Origin: Bdellovibrionales bacterium
Lineage (GTDB): Bacteria; Bdellovibrionota; Bdellovibrionia; Bdellovibrionales; JAUICD01
Length of the DNA stretch: 64,000 nucleotides
Assembly: GCA_965262715.1 (NCBI GenBank)
Contig: OZ253553.1
Coordinates: 736,001-800,000 of the forward strand
Direction: 5' to 3'
Numbering within the stretch: position 1 is the first letter of the stretch; the number at the start of each line of letters is the position of its first letter. The notes beneath the pieces were generated by a model that made no database searches, was not told the origin of the DNA, and saw only the letters and a program-made list of their open reading frames with translations. This document shows positions 39,764-50,814 of the stretch, one piece after another. The position numbers and the translations under genes are program-made.

Positions 39764-40323
39764 ATATACATAAACTATTAATAATACTATTATATTTTTT
39801 TTAAAAAAGAAGAGTTAATTCTAAATACTGTGGATTTAATGAAATTAAGTTTTAGGAAAAGCCCATCTTTATTGATTAATCAATGAGTCAAAAGCTAAAA
39901 AGCTACAGGAAGAACTCTGCTACTGTGTTAGAATTTTTATAATTATTCGTCTCATACAACCTTCACTTTACAAATAAGAAAAGTCGATAATGCTGGCTGT
40001 TTGCTCTTTAGTTATTACCTCTTTTTCATTTATTTTGTATCAATATAAAGTGCTTGGAAATAAAAGAATTAAACTTAAATAGTAATGATAAGGGTTGAAT
40101 TTTTGCATAAGTAATGAAAGATAAAAATATTTTCTATAGCATCATTTCAAAAAAAAGGGGTTCATAGCATCTTGTACATTCTGTAACCTATGTCTCAGAA
40201 TGTGCAATATAGATGAGATCAGTTTTTTTAATATAGAGATGAAATTAGTGCTAGCTAATAAAATTTTGTATTGGTACATTGATATAATCAAGGCAAAAAA
40301 ATTATGTTGAACTTAAGATTTTT

Positions 40324-40989
40324 ATGAAACAGTTTTGGATTTATATTTTTTCATCAGTTGGACAAAAACAGCTTATGGCTCTATCAGGTTTAGGCTGGGG
40401 TCTATTTGCTTTAACTCATATGTTAGGGAACTTACTGATCTTGTGTGGAGATGAAGCCTACAATAAGTACAGCCATGCACTCGTGAGTAACCCTGGTATT
40501 TTTATTGCTGAGCTTGGCCTGTTCGCTCTGCTGCTCACTCATGTTTTTTATGGGATCAAATTATCTCTTGAAAATAGTAAAGCAAGAGCAATGGGGTACA
40601 GTGTGAATAAAACAGCAGCCAAGGAGGCTTCTTTAGCTTCTCGCACGATGAAATACCAAGGTATTGTGATACTGTGCTTTATTGTTTTGCATTTGATCAA
40701 CTTTAAGTTTGGAACAGAGTATATGATCACTTATGATGGAGCTGAAATCAGAGATATTTTTCGCTTAGTAGTTGAAAAATTTCAAAACCCTCTTTATGTG
40801 GGGATATATATTATCAGTGTTTCTTTATTAGGGTTTCATTTAAGTCATGGTTTATATTCATCTGTTCAATCTCTTGGGTTTTATCACGATAAATATATGG
40901 TTTGTATTAAGAGGTGTAGTGTTATTTATGGTTTTATTATTGGTTTAGGTTTTAGTATCGCTCCTATTTATATATATTTCTTTTATTAG
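40324..40989 (+). CDS. sdhC: Succinate dehydrogenase cytochrome b subunit
   Basis: SSVGQKQLMALSG, HMLGNL, HLSHG..S..QSLG. Confidence 0.92.
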   Translation: MKQFWIYIFSSVGQKQLMALSGLGWGLFALTHMLGNLLILCGDEAYNKYSHALVSNPGIFIAELGLFALLLTHVFYGIKLSLENSKARAMGYSVNKTAAKEASLASRTMKYQGIVILCFIVLHLINFKFGTEYMITYDGAEIRDIFRLVVEKFQNPLYVGIYIISVSLLGFHLSHGLYSSVQSLGFYHDKYMVCIKRCSVIYGFIIGLGFSIAPIYIYFFY

Positions 40990-41321
40990 CAGTGTTTGCT
41001 GCGCAAGTATTTTTATCATCAACTTTTCTTTTAAATCTCTATTAGTTTCCAGCAACTGGGAAATAAAATATTACTTATATCCGTTGTAGCCGGAATTCCG
41101 GATCCCAGAAGCCGGAAACTGATTGCCGTATTGCCTGACTCCCGGTTTCCCGGAAAGGTTCTACCAAGGAACATAGGTAACATTTATATCAGAGACTATG
41201 TAAACTTTACAATTGGCTATAGAATTTTTTCAAAGCCTATTGCCTTATTAAAAAGAATGAATTAAAATACATAAACTAAAAAATCTAAAAATCAATATAA
41301 GGAATAGAGATTATAATTATT

Positions 41322-42059
41322 ATAAAACAGTTGTTTATAGCACTATTTTTAACCACTATCTTTGCTGGTTGTGGGAAGGTTCCAGTGATTGGACTGATAG
41401 ATGTGATAAATAGAACCGATACTCCTAATCCTTTTAATAATTCTTTATTTGCAAATTATGAAACTTATCAATCTGCCTTACAAGAATTAGATGAGGTAGA
41501 CTCTATGACTGATACTGAGCTGGAAGACTTTTTATTTAGCGAAGATTACAGAGTCCATACTGAATTTTTGCCATATATTGATGAGTATGAACAACTTAAA
41601 GAATGGTTTACAGGTGAATCGACAATAAGAGGTAACATTAAATTTGTAATGACAGATTTAGAAAATATTGCAACAGAGGCGGATTTTAGAGAGTTTAAAG
41701 ATACAGATAGATTAAAAGGTATAGCAGGTGAATGTCGCTGGAAGAGACTAGACAATGAAAAGCCAGTAAGGCTCATTAAAATAGATTATACTTTTTGGGT
41801 TCTTAGTTCTTCATTAAATCAAATGAAAACAATATTTCATGAACTAGGACATTGTGACTTAGATCGTACTGATGAACCAGATGACACTCCCTCTTTGATG
41901 GCGTATAAGGGCAGGATTATTTCTGACTTTAAAAATGACCGACTACCGAAATATCGAAAAACAAGACTTTATCAAGAGCTTTTCGATTTTGAAAAAATGA
42001 ATAATAACGAGTATGATTTTTTTAGAAGGTATGAAGAGGATTATTTTTCTAACAACTAA
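41322..42059 (+). CDS. Lipoprotein, putative zinc metallopeptidase (HEXXH)
   Basis: (ATA)KQLFIALFLTTIFAGC lipobox; IFHELGHCDLDR; alternative TTG start at 41331. Confidence 0.75.
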   Translation: MKQLFIALFLTTIFAGCGKVPVIGLIDVINRTDTPNPFNNSLFANYETYQSALQELDEVDSMTDTELEDFLFSEDYRVHTEFLPYIDEYEQLKEWFTGESTIRGNIKFVMTDLENIATEADFREFKDTDRLKGIAGECRWKRLDNEKPVRLIKIDYTFWVLSSSLNQMKTIFHELGHCDLDRTDEPDDTPSLMAYKGRIISDFKNDRLPKYRKTRLYQELFDFEKMNNNEYDFFRRYEEDYFSNN

Positions 42060-42148
42060 TGAGCTTGTTGAATAAATATCAAGTTTAAGGATTTAATCTT
42101 ATAGGCTACAGCTAATTATCATTTGATCCAGAAAACAATGAACAAATA

Positions 42149-42229
42149 ATGGATTATAACTTAGGATATTTTGGTTTAGAAAATAAAAAATTAACGGCTC
42201 TGGAAAATCCTTTTGGGCCAAAAGTGTAA
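42149..42229 (+). pseudogene. C-terminal remnant of an IS481-family transposase
   Basis: MDYNLGYFGLENKKLTALENPFGPKV* resembles the YDLGYFDLE…NPFG terminus and runs into the IR. Confidence 0.75.
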
Positions 42230-42524
42230 CCTATATCTCCAGAATGGACCGACTGAAGTCTGCCCGAGTGCCTGACTGCCAGATCGGTCCTGCCCAGGGA
42301 TATAGATAACAGATTCTCCAAGGCAATAGGTAACAATTTTTATTATCAAAAATAGGTAATAGGGTTGTCCGGCATCAATGATTCTTTTATAAACTGTAAA
42401 TATTTATTCAAAGACTATAATTATTTTACAATTAAATATAGAACTTTTTCAAAGTTTATTGTTTAATTAAAGAGAGTAGTTTAAAAACAAGCTAGAGAGA
42501 AGTAGTTATAGATAAGAACCTTTT

Positions 42525-43430
42525 ATGAAATATTTATGGTTGTTTTTTATAAGTAATGTATTTGCGCTAAATGTCTTTGCTGATGATTTTTGTGATCCAT
42601 CTTGGGCAGCGAGTTTAACAAGAGATGAAGTACTAAGACTTATAGACCAAAAAGTTGATTTTGAACAGAAATGTGATGAAGTCTATACTCCTTTAGAGCT
42701 AATAAAGATATATAATTATGATGTGGAAGTTCATTTTACTTTAGAAGAGTATTTTGATTATATAATCCCCGATATTTTTAAACTAGAGCTGGCAAGCATA
42801 AACTTGCCAAAAGATTGTAGATTTTTTTCAACAGATAATTTAGGTAGGAACCTTTCTTGGGCTCACTTTCCAATTGTCTTATGGCTACAATCGAGTATGC
42901 CTGATAAATATATAGAATCTTTTCATACGGCAGCTCAGGTTTGGGAAGATAGATTTAATACAAATTTTTTTGATTTTCAAAGACTAAGGGAAAAATCTTT
43001 AGTAACTTCTTGGATATCCTCTCTGGCCTCCTTTTTTTCATTTGATTGGCCTATTGCAAGTGAAGAAGAAAGCGGTAAATCTATTATTTATTGGGATCAA
43101 AATTTGAATGAAGACAATAGTTACGTGTATGTAGCTAAAACCCATCATGATCATGTGGAATCTCGAATTATAAAATCTACTGTTCGTATCAATGCTACAC
43201 TTTATAGATATTACACAAATACAGATATTGCAAACGATAGAATTGGAGAGGATGATTACCATTTAGAAAGTATAATTATACACGAGCTTGGGCATGTTTT
43301 AGGTCTTGCTGATAATGATAGAGAAGATAGTATTATGGGCCCTTTCCAGCCAAAAGAAGAAATAGAAGAATTAGAAGAATTTGATTATAGAAATATATTA
43401 TGTGAATATGACTTTATTAGTGACTTATAA
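42525..43430 (+). CDS. Secreted matrixin/metzincin-like metalloprotease
   Basis: Signal peptide; HELGHVLGLAD; SIM Met-turn. Confidence 0.8.
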   Translation: MKYLWLFFISNVFALNVFADDFCDPSWAASLTRDEVLRLIDQKVDFEQKCDEVYTPLELIKIYNYDVEVHFTLEEYFDYIIPDIFKLELASINLPKDCRFFSTDNLGRNLSWAHFPIVLWLQSSMPDKYIESFHTAAQVWEDRFNTNFFDFQRLREKSLVTSWISSLASFFSFDWPIASEEESGKSIIYWDQNLNEDNSYVYVAKTHHDHVESRIIKSTVRINATLYRYYTNTDIANDRIGEDDYHLESIIIHELGHVLGLADNDREDSIMGPFQPKEEIEELEEFDYRNILCEYDFISDL

Positions 43431-43638
43431 TTTTTTTTCAAAGTCTTTGGTGCTAATTTTCTGGAAATCTGACAAATGGGCAATTAAGTTTCTGGCAGAT
43501 GTTTTCGATTGCTAGTTTTGCCAGATCCCAGAAACATAAATATATCTCTTAATAATGAATGTGATTTATATGGTATAGTAAAACTTTAGTAGCAATTAAA
43601 AATTGACTGAGAATTCATTGTAATGAGAATATAGAGAA

Positions 43639-45558
43639 ATGAGTGACAGTCTTCTTAATTCTCAAGTTCCAAATGGAGATATAACAACTCTTTGGCAAGA
43701 TTATAAGTCCAAAATGAGTCTTGTTGCCCCTAATAATAAGCCTAAATACACAATTATTGTTGTGGGGACGGGACTTGCTGGAGCCTCTGCTGCTGCGTCA
43801 TTAGCGGAGCTTGGGTATCAAGTTAAATCTTTTTGCATTCAAGATAGTCCACGAAGAGCTCATTCCATTGCAGCTCAAGGGGGTATTAATGCTGCGAAGA
43901 ATTATCAAAATGATGGTGATAGTGTTTACCGTTTGTTTTATGACACGGTGAAAGGGGGAGATTTTCGCTCTCGTGAGGCCAATGTTTATAGGTTGTCAGA
44001 ACTTTCTGTGAATATTATTGATCAGGCTGTAGCTCAGGGAGTTCCTTTTGCCAGAGAATATGGAGGATATTTAGATAACCGTTCTTTTGGTGGGGCTCAA
44101 GTTAAACGCACATTCTATGCTCGTGGGCAAACGGGACAACAGCTTTTACTTGGAGCCTATTCTGCTTTATGTCGCCAAGTTGAAAAAGGTTGTATACAAC
44201 TCTTTCCACGTCATGAAATGTTGGACCTAGTCGTTGTAAAAAATAAGGCAAGAGGAATCATTACACGAAACTTGGTAACAGGTAAGCTTGAAAGTCATAA
44301 AGCTGATGCTGTTTTATTGGCTACAGGAGGTTATGGAAATGTCTTTTATCTTTCTACAAATGCAAAAGCTTCAAATGTGACAGCAGGCTTTCGTGCCTAT
44401 AAAAGGGGAGCATTTTTTGCAAATCCTTGTTTTACTCAGATCCACCCTACCTGTATTCCTGTTTCAGGAGATTACCAATCCAAGCTCACATTGATGTCAG
44501 AATCTCTACGTAATGATGGAAGAGTTTGGGTACCTAAAAAGCTAAATGACAACCGGAATCCAAAAAATATCCCTGAAAGTGAAAAAGATTATTATTTAGA
44601 GCGTCGTTATCCTAGCTTTGGCAACCTTGTTCCGCGTGATGTCGCTTCTCGTGCTGCTAAAAAGGCTTGTGACGAAGGTTTTGGGGTTGGATCTACAAAA
44701 CTGGCTGTTTATTTAGATTTTCAAAAAACCATTGAAGGGTTAGGTCGCGATGTTATTGCCAGTCGATATGGAAATCTATTCCACATGTATGAAAAAATCA
44801 CAGGTGATAACCCTTATGAAGTTCCAATGAGGATATATCCAGCTACTCATTACACAATGGGAGGATTGTGGGTTGATTATCATCTGATGACAACTCTATC
44901 TGGTCTTTTTGCATTAGGAGAATGCAATTTTTCAGATCATGGAGCGAATCGTTTAGGGGCATCAGCCCTTATGCAAGGTCTGGCAGATGGCTATTTTATC
45001 ATTCCTTATACCTTAGGTCATTATTTAGCCAACCATGATATAGAAGATGTATCTGTAAATGATGACGCATTTCAACAGGCTCAAAACAGTGTGAATGAAA
45101 AAATACAAAGATTATTAAAATTAAAAGGAAAACAAACAGTAGATGATTGTCACCGTAAGTTGGGACATATCATGTGGGATCATGTAGGCATGTCCAGAAG
45201 CAAAGAAGGTTTAGAGCAGGCACTCACTCAAATTGTAAGCCTTAAAGAAGAGTTTTGGAATGATATGTGTGTTGTTCCAAATAAGCAATGCAATGCTGAA
45301 TTGGAAAAAGCAGGTCGTCTTTTAGATTTTTTAGACTTAGGGCAGATGATGGCGCAAGATGCTTTGGATAGAGAAGAGTCTTGTGGAGGACATTTTAGAG
45401 AAGAATATCGGACAAAAGAGGGTGAAGCACTTAGAGATGATAAAAATTTTTCACATGTAGCTGCTTGGCAGTATCTGGGAGAAAATCAAAAAGCTAAGCG
45501 ACATAAAGAAGATCTGCAATTCTCTTATGTCAAATTAGCTCAAAGGAGTTATAAATAA
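43639..45558 (+). CDS. sdhA: Succinate dehydrogenase/fumarate reductase flavoprotein
   Basis: [29 protein letters not shown]. Confidence 0.96.
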   Translation: MSDSLLNSQVPNGDITTLWQDYKSKMSLVAPNNKPKYTIIVVGTGLAGASAAASLAELGYQVKSFCIQDSPRRAHSIAAQGGINAAKNYQNDGDSVYRLFYDTVKGGDFRSREANVYRLSELSVNIIDQAVAQGVPFAREYGGYLDNRSFGGAQVKRTFYARGQTGQQLLLGAYSALCRQVEKGCIQLFPRHEMLDLVVVKNKARGIITRNLVTGKLESHKADAVLLATGGYGNVFYLSTNAKASNVTAGFRAYKRGAFFANPCFTQIHPTCIPVSGDYQSKLTLMSESLRNDGRVWVPKKLNDNRNPKNIPESEKDYYLERRYPSFGNLVPRDVASRAAKKACDEGFGVGSTKLAVYLDFQKTIEGLGRDVIASRYGNLFHMYEKITGDNPYEVPMRIYPATHYTMGGLWVDYHLMTTLSGLFALGECNFSDHGANRLGASALMQGLADGYFIIPYTLGHYLANHDIEDVSVNDDAFQQAQNSVNEKIQRLLKLKGKQTVDDCHRKLGHIMWDHVGMSRSKEGLEQALTQIVSLKEEFWNDMCVVPNKQCNAELEKAGRLLDFLDLGQMMAQDALDREESCGGHFREEYRTKEGEALRDDKNFSHVAAWQYLGENQKAKRHKEDLQFSYVKLAQRSYK

Positions 45559-45571
45559 TGCAGAGGCTGTT

Positions 45572-46327
45572 ATGACGCAAACATACAAACTGCACCTTAA
45601 AGTTTGGCGACAAAAAGGCCCTTTTTTTGAGGGGAAGCTTGTTGATTATGATTTAGATCATGTTAATCCTGATATGTCTTTTTTAGAAATGATGGATACA
45701 CTCAATGAAAAGCTTGTTAAAAAAGGTGAGGACCCCATTGCTTTTGATCATGATTGTAGAGAGGGTATATGTGGCACCTGTTCTATGACAATCAATGGGG
45801 ACCCTCATGGCCCCAAAAAAGGCACAACAGTTTGTCAACTCCATTTAAGACACTTTAAAGATGGAGATACTATTGTTGTTGAGCCTTTTAGAGCGAATGC
45901 TTTTCCTGTTATTAAAGACCTTATGTTGGATCGCTCTGCTCTTGATCGCCTTATGCAATCAGGAGGTTATATTTCTGTGTCAACAGGCAGTGCTCCTGAA
46001 GCTAACAGTATTCCCATCAGTAAACCATCTGTGGATAAAGCATTTGACTTTGCTACTTGTATTGGTTGTGGAGCTTGTGTGGCTGCCTGCAAAAATGCGT
46101 CAGCTATGTTGTTTGTGGGAGCCAAAGTGTCTCAATTAGAGCTCCTTCCACAAGGTACTGTTGAAAAAGACAAAAGAGCCTTAAATATGGTAACAGCTAT
46201 GGATAAAGAAGGCTTTGGAGCTTGTTCTAATACAGGGGCTTGCTCAGCTTCTTGTCCTAAAGAGATCACTTTAGAAGCTATTGCTAAACTGAATAGAGCT
46301 TACATGAGAGCTACATTAAAAAAGTAA
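45572..46327 (+). CDS. sdhB: Succinate dehydrogenase iron-sulfur subunit
   Basis: [30 protein letters not shown]. Confidence 0.96.
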   Translation: MTQTYKLHLKVWRQKGPFFEGKLVDYDLDHVNPDMSFLEMMDTLNEKLVKKGEDPIAFDHDCREGICGTCSMTINGDPHGPKKGTTVCQLHLRHFKDGDTIVVEPFRANAFPVIKDLMLDRSALDRLMQSGGYISVSTGSAPEANSIPISKPSVDKAFDFATCIGCGACVAACKNASAMLFVGAKVSQLELLPQGTVEKDKRALNMVTAMDKEGFGACSNTGACSASCPKEITLEAIAKLNRAYMRATLKK

Positions 46328-46349
46328 TAGCTTTTTACTTCTTCGCCAT

Positions 46350-46373
46350 AAGTCTGGCAGCTAAGCCAGACTT
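46350..46373. terminator. Hairpin between convergent genes
   Basis: AAGTCTGGC-AGCTAA-GCCAGACTT. Confidence 0.55.
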
Positions 46374-46399
46374 TATCTGTGGCAAATTTTTAAAAAAGG

Positions 46400-46789
46400 T
46401 TATCTTTTTTTCTTTTTCTTTGTGATTTTCTTTTTAGGGGTATTTTTTGTAGCCTTTGATTTAGAAGTGGTCTTTTTAGATTTCTTTTTACTTGAGCCTT
46501 TCCTCTTAGATCTTATATTTAAATCGACTTCTAGTTGAAATGGATCTAAAAACTTCTGGAGTGTTGCTATTTTAGGAATGGCATCTTGAGATAACATTCT
46601 AGAAATATTAGGAGATTTAATTCCTGATATTTCTGAAAATTCTTTTGTTCCCATACAAGATATAGTATATTTAAGGGCTTCCATTACACTCTTACCTTTT
46701 TTGATAGCACCTAGGATATAAGTCTTAGAATAGTGGTTTTTTTTAAGCTTTTTTGATAATTTATCATCGAAAGTTTTTCTTCTGTACAT
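46400..46789 (-). CDS. XRE-like HTH protein (antitoxin-like) with a Lys-rich tail
   Basis: AAGGAG RBS before ATG 46789; MGTKEFSEISGIKSPNISR…PKIATL; basic C-terminus. Confidence 0.7.
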   Translation of the reverse strand: MYRRKTFDDKLSKKLKKNHYSKTYILGAIKKGKSVMEALKYTISCMGTKEFSEISGIKSPNISRMLSQDAIPKIATLQKFLDPFQLEVDLNIRSKRKGSSKKKSKKTTSKSKATKNTPKKKITKKKKKR

Positions 46790-46959
46790 AATAATATCTC
46801 CTTTAAAAAATTGTAAAAATAATATAGAATGAAATACTAACCAGGGTGTCTTATTAGACAACATGTATATAATTAATAATAACTATAATAATGTCAAATA
46901 AAACGTCTTTACAAATAAATAATTTAAAATATAATTGAAGAGACAGGGGTACAATTATA

Positions 46960-49407
46960 ATGAATCATCTTCCTTTTAACATTCCTTATATTCCTGATGT
47001 TTTTTGTTGGTCTTTTATTGGGCTTGGCCTGATTTGTCTTTTAGTATTTGGATATAAAGGGCTTCCTCTTATTGTTTATGCTCTTTTTATCGTTTTTTAT
47101 CTATTTATGCTCCAAGCTCCTGTTTGGATTATTTCTATTGTTTCTTTTATTTTTTTAATCTTTTTAGTTAAGCCTGTGCGTACTTTGTTGATATCGAATT
47201 CTATTATGAAATTAATTCAACGCATCAATTTGGTGCCTCAAATATCTGCAACTGAAAGGGTAGCTGTTGAGGCAGGGACATTATGGATTGATAAGGATTT
47301 ATTTTCAGGAAAGCCAGATTATCAAAAATTGATGTCTGAGCCTTATCCAGAATTGACTCAACAAGAAAAGGGGTTTGTTGATGGCCCTGTTGAAGAGCTA
47401 TGCCACATCATTCATAATTTTGACATTATGAATAAAAGGAGAATCCCTCAAGAGATTTGGGATTACATTAAAAAAGAAAAATTTTTTGGAATGATCATCC
47501 CTAAAGAATATGGAGGCTTGGGTTTTTCAGCTCTTGCCCATAGTGCTGTCATTTCAAAGCTAAATTCTCGTAGCTCTACTGTTGCTGTCACTGTTATGGT
47601 TCCTAACTCCCTTGGGCCGGCTGAGTTATTAATGCATTATGGTACAGAAGAGCAAAAAAAATACTATTTACCTAGATTAGCAGATGGCAGAGAGATACCT
47701 TGTTTTGCTCTTACAGAGCCTGAGGCTGGAAGTGATGCTGGTTCTATTCAAGCATCTGGAGTGGTGTTTAAGGGTGAAGATGATAAACTTTATATACGTT
47801 TGAATTGGAATAAACGTTGGATCACACTAGCTGCTATTTCTACAGTCATGGGAATGGCTTTTCGACTTAAAGATCCTGATCATTTACTTGGTGGTAAAGA
47901 AGATATAGGTATTACTTGCGCGCTAGTTCCATCTCAAACTAAAGGGGTTGTTTTAGGTGAGCGTCATAATCCTATGTTTGTACCTTTTTATAATTGCCCT
48001 ACACAAGGGAAAGATGTGATTGTTCCTATTGATGCTATTATTGGAGGTCAAAAGCAGGCAGGGCATGGTTGGCGTATGTTAATGGAGAGCCTTGGTGCTG
48101 GTAGAGGTATATCTTTACCTTCGCAGTTATGCGGAGGCAGCAAGATGACCTCAAGAGTTGTAAGCAGTCATGCTGTAATTCGCAAGCAGTTTGGATGTTC
48201 CATTGGCAAATTTGAAGGTGTTAAAGAACATCTTGCTAAGATAGCAGCCAAAACTTATATGATTGACGCAATGAGGGTTTACACCTTAGGGGCTTTGGAC
48301 AGTGGGATTAAACCACCTATCATCACTGCTATTGCTAAATACCAAACTACTGAAATTGGCCGGGATATCATGAATAATGTTATGGATATTATGGGTGGTG
48401 CTGGACTTTCCTTAGGACCACGTAATTTGGTGGCTCCTCTTTATATGACCACTCCTATTGGTATTACAGTGGAGGGGGCTAATATTTTGACCCGAACACT
48501 TATGATTTTTGGTCAAGGAGCTATGAGAGCTCACCCTTATGCTTTTCAAGAGATAAATGCTTTAGAAAATAACAATGTTAAAGATTTTGATAAGGCTTTT
48601 TGGAGTCATGTTGGGCATGTTTTTTCTAATTTATGCAGGAGCATTGGCTTAAGTTTAAGTCGTGGACTTTTATCTAAACCTTATGGTGATCGTCATACAA
48701 AGAGATATTTTAGAAAACTTTCGTGGATTTCAGCTTCCTTTGCATTAATGACAGATGTTGTGATGGCTCTTTTTGGTGGAGCACTTAAAAAACGAGAGAT
48801 GTTAACAGGACGATTTGCTGATATTTTATCACATATGTATATGGCAACATCTGTTTTAAGACGTTATGAAGCAGAAGGTCGCAGAAAAGAGGACTTACCT
48901 TTCGTCCATTACTCGATGAAGTATTGCTTAAATGAAACACAAAAAGCTTTTGATGGTATTTTTTGTAATATAGAGGTTAAGGGGTTAACTTGGATATTTA
49001 AATTTTTTTTACGCATTTGGTCAGACATCAATACATTAGCAGAAAGTATCAGTGACACTCTAGTTTACAAAACTTCTAAGGCTTTTTTAACAGATGGTCC
49101 AGCTCGCAACAACCTAACCAGTGGTATTTACCTTCCTGATGATAGAACACAGCATATAGCTCGTTTAGAGCATGCTTTTCAGGTGATTTCACGTTCAGAA
49201 AAATCAGAGCGTAAGATAAGAGATGCTATTAGGAAGAAGGAACTACCTAAAAAGAAAGTCCGTTTTGTTATTGATGAGGCTCTTTCTAAAAACATTATTT
49301 CTCAAAAAGAATACGATGAGCTTAAAGAAAGCGCAGAGTTAAGACTTGATGCTATACAAGTAGATTCCTTCACTCAGGAAGAATACCTCAATCCTTGGAC
49401 TTCATAA
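46960..49407 (+). CDS. fadE: Long acyl-CoA dehydrogenase
   Basis: ISATE..A.EAG, VPNSLGPAELL, ITVEGANILTR, 815 aa. Confidence 0.93.
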   Translation: MNHLPFNIPYIPDVFCWSFIGLGLICLLVFGYKGLPLIVYALFIVFYLFMLQAPVWIISIVSFIFLIFLVKPVRTLLISNSIMKLIQRINLVPQISATERVAVEAGTLWIDKDLFSGKPDYQKLMSEPYPELTQQEKGFVDGPVEELCHIIHNFDIMNKRRIPQEIWDYIKKEKFFGMIIPKEYGGLGFSALAHSAVISKLNSRSSTVAVTVMVPNSLGPAELLMHYGTEEQKKYYLPRLADGREIPCFALTEPEAGSDAGSIQASGVVFKGEDDKLYIRLNWNKRWITLAAISTVMGMAFRLKDPDHLLGGKEDIGITCALVPSQTKGVVLGERHNPMFVPFYNCPTQGKDVIVPIDAIIGGQKQAGHGWRMLMESLGAGRGISLPSQLCGGSKMTSRVVSSHAVIRKQFGCSIGKFEGVKEHLAKIAAKTYMIDAMRVYTLGALDSGIKPPIITAIAKYQTTEIGRDIMNNVMDIMGGAGLSLGPRNLVAPLYMTTPIGITVEGANILTRTLMIFGQGAMRAHPYAFQEINALENNNVKDFDKAFWSHVGHVFSNLCRSIGLSLSRGLLSKPYGDRHTKRYFRKLSWISASFALMTDVVMALFGGALKKREMLTGRFADILSHMYMATSVLRRYEAEGRRKEDLPFVHYSMKYCLNETQKAFDGIFCNIEVKGLTWIFKFFLRIWSDINTLAESISDTLVYKTSKAFLTDGPARNNLTSGIYLPDDRTQHIARLEHAFQVISRSEKSERKIRDAIRKKELPKKKVRFVIDEALSKNIISQKEYDELKESAELRLDAIQVDSFTQEEYLNPWTS

Positions 49408-49508
49408 CCTTTATCTCCTTTTTAAAAATAAACAAGATTTAAGAGTCGGCTTTTTATTGAAAAGATATCTTCTGTAGTGTAAAAATCTTCATGCTAAGTG
49501 TTATAGAT

Positions 49509-49679
49509 GGAGATTTCAGCAAGCTTCTTTCAAAGGCGACAGGCAACCCCTGCGCATCACATAATGTAAAGATGAAATATTATTTGGTAGAATGAAATAT
49601 TTCTTAGAACTTTAACTTTTTAAATGCGCTGGCCTGAGGTGGCTCGCCACAACCAAATCAAAAGCCTGCTGAAATCTCC
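49509..49679 (+). repeat. Family-2 long hairpin element, divergent
   Basis: Arms GGAGATTTCAGCA.GCTT; core AGGCAACCCCT-GCGCAT…ATGCGC-TGGCCT. Confidence 0.8.
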
Positions 49680-49756
49680 TAATTACTAGGTAGGTTGATT
49701 TATATAACAAAGTGATTTCAATATATTATCTCGAAATGGCAACAGCCTTTAATTTT

Positions 49757-50703
49757 TTAAAAATTTGTGGAATTTAAGCAGGCATGCGTTAATCCACTCT
49801 CTACATATTCTTGATGTGCTGATCCTCTAAGAACAATCCCATTACCTTCTTGCTCCAGTATCAATCCGATGGCAAAGTTGTCTCGTTCTTGACTGATTGT
49901 ATCCAATTCATTTTCTAAATTAACAAAACCTCTAAGTTTTTCTATAGCTTCTAGGTCCTCTATTCTCTGTGTTTTAAGAAATTCTTCAAAATCTTGAGGT
50001 GCAATTAAAGCAGTAGGATCTTTTTCATTATGAGTGGAGATAAAAAGATGAAATTCATCGATTTGTTCAGGTGTAAGATTCATATTATTATTGGAAATGA
50101 TATCTGTATATTCTCTCATGAGGTTTGTTGTTATTTCATTTGCTTCCAAATACAAATCCCTGTCTTCTAAGGGAACAATTCTCGTCCCACCTATTCCATT
50201 AAGGACAACATCAGGTTGTTCTACTAAAAGTTTTATTGAAATAGGATAGAGAAGATATAACAAGTCATCAGCATTTTCTTGACTCCAAAGATGTGGGACG
50301 ACATTGTGGAATGTATTAAATATTTCTTTACTTGTTTTATATTCCTCGACTTTTCCTTCAAAATCGGTTTCAGGAGGATATTCAATGCCTACCCAATCTA
50401 TTTTTTTAGATCTTAATAATGAGGTGATTTGTTGAAATTCAGATTTTTCTGAGTTGATCCTATCAGTGTAGTCATCAAGAAGCTGACTCCATGTGGTGAG
50501 TACTTCAGTTATATTAGCGCCATTGAGAACGGAAAGAAAGGTACGTACTTCTTCTTTATCTAAGTGGGGGCAAATAGGGTATAAATTTGTCTGTCATTGA
50601 TATTAGCCACTCTGATATCTCTAGAATAGGGATGAAAATAACAACTAAAAGCGTTGCTTGTAAAAAAGGTAAAGGTAAAGAACATAATATAAAAGTTTTT
50701 CAT
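49757..50703 (-). pseudogene. TraB/TIKI/ChaN-like secreted paralog 1, -1 frameshift in a C5 tract (50566-50570)
   Basis: MKNFYIMF… signal peptide; one extra C restores FAPHLD…WVGIE. Confidence 0.85.
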
Positions 50704-50814
50704 ACAAATACCTTTATAAAGGTTTCTAAATCCTTTAGAATAATTGATTTATCTATTACACCTTTTAGAACTTGTAAATAGTAAAATTAAGGTTTTTATA
50801 GAAAAAATGTTTTT

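Larger units (their letters stand above)
41157..42250 (+). mobile_element. Cassette bounded by IS481-type ends, carrying a passenger gene
   Basis: 26-bp left end GGTTCTACCAAGGAACATAGGTAACA; right end TGTAACCTATATCTCCAGAATGGACC preceded by a transposase tail. Confidence 0.6.

Noticed and set aside
41047..43535. Classical integron
   Set aside because: No IntI gene and no GTTRRRY/RYYYAAC-bounded attC sites recognised
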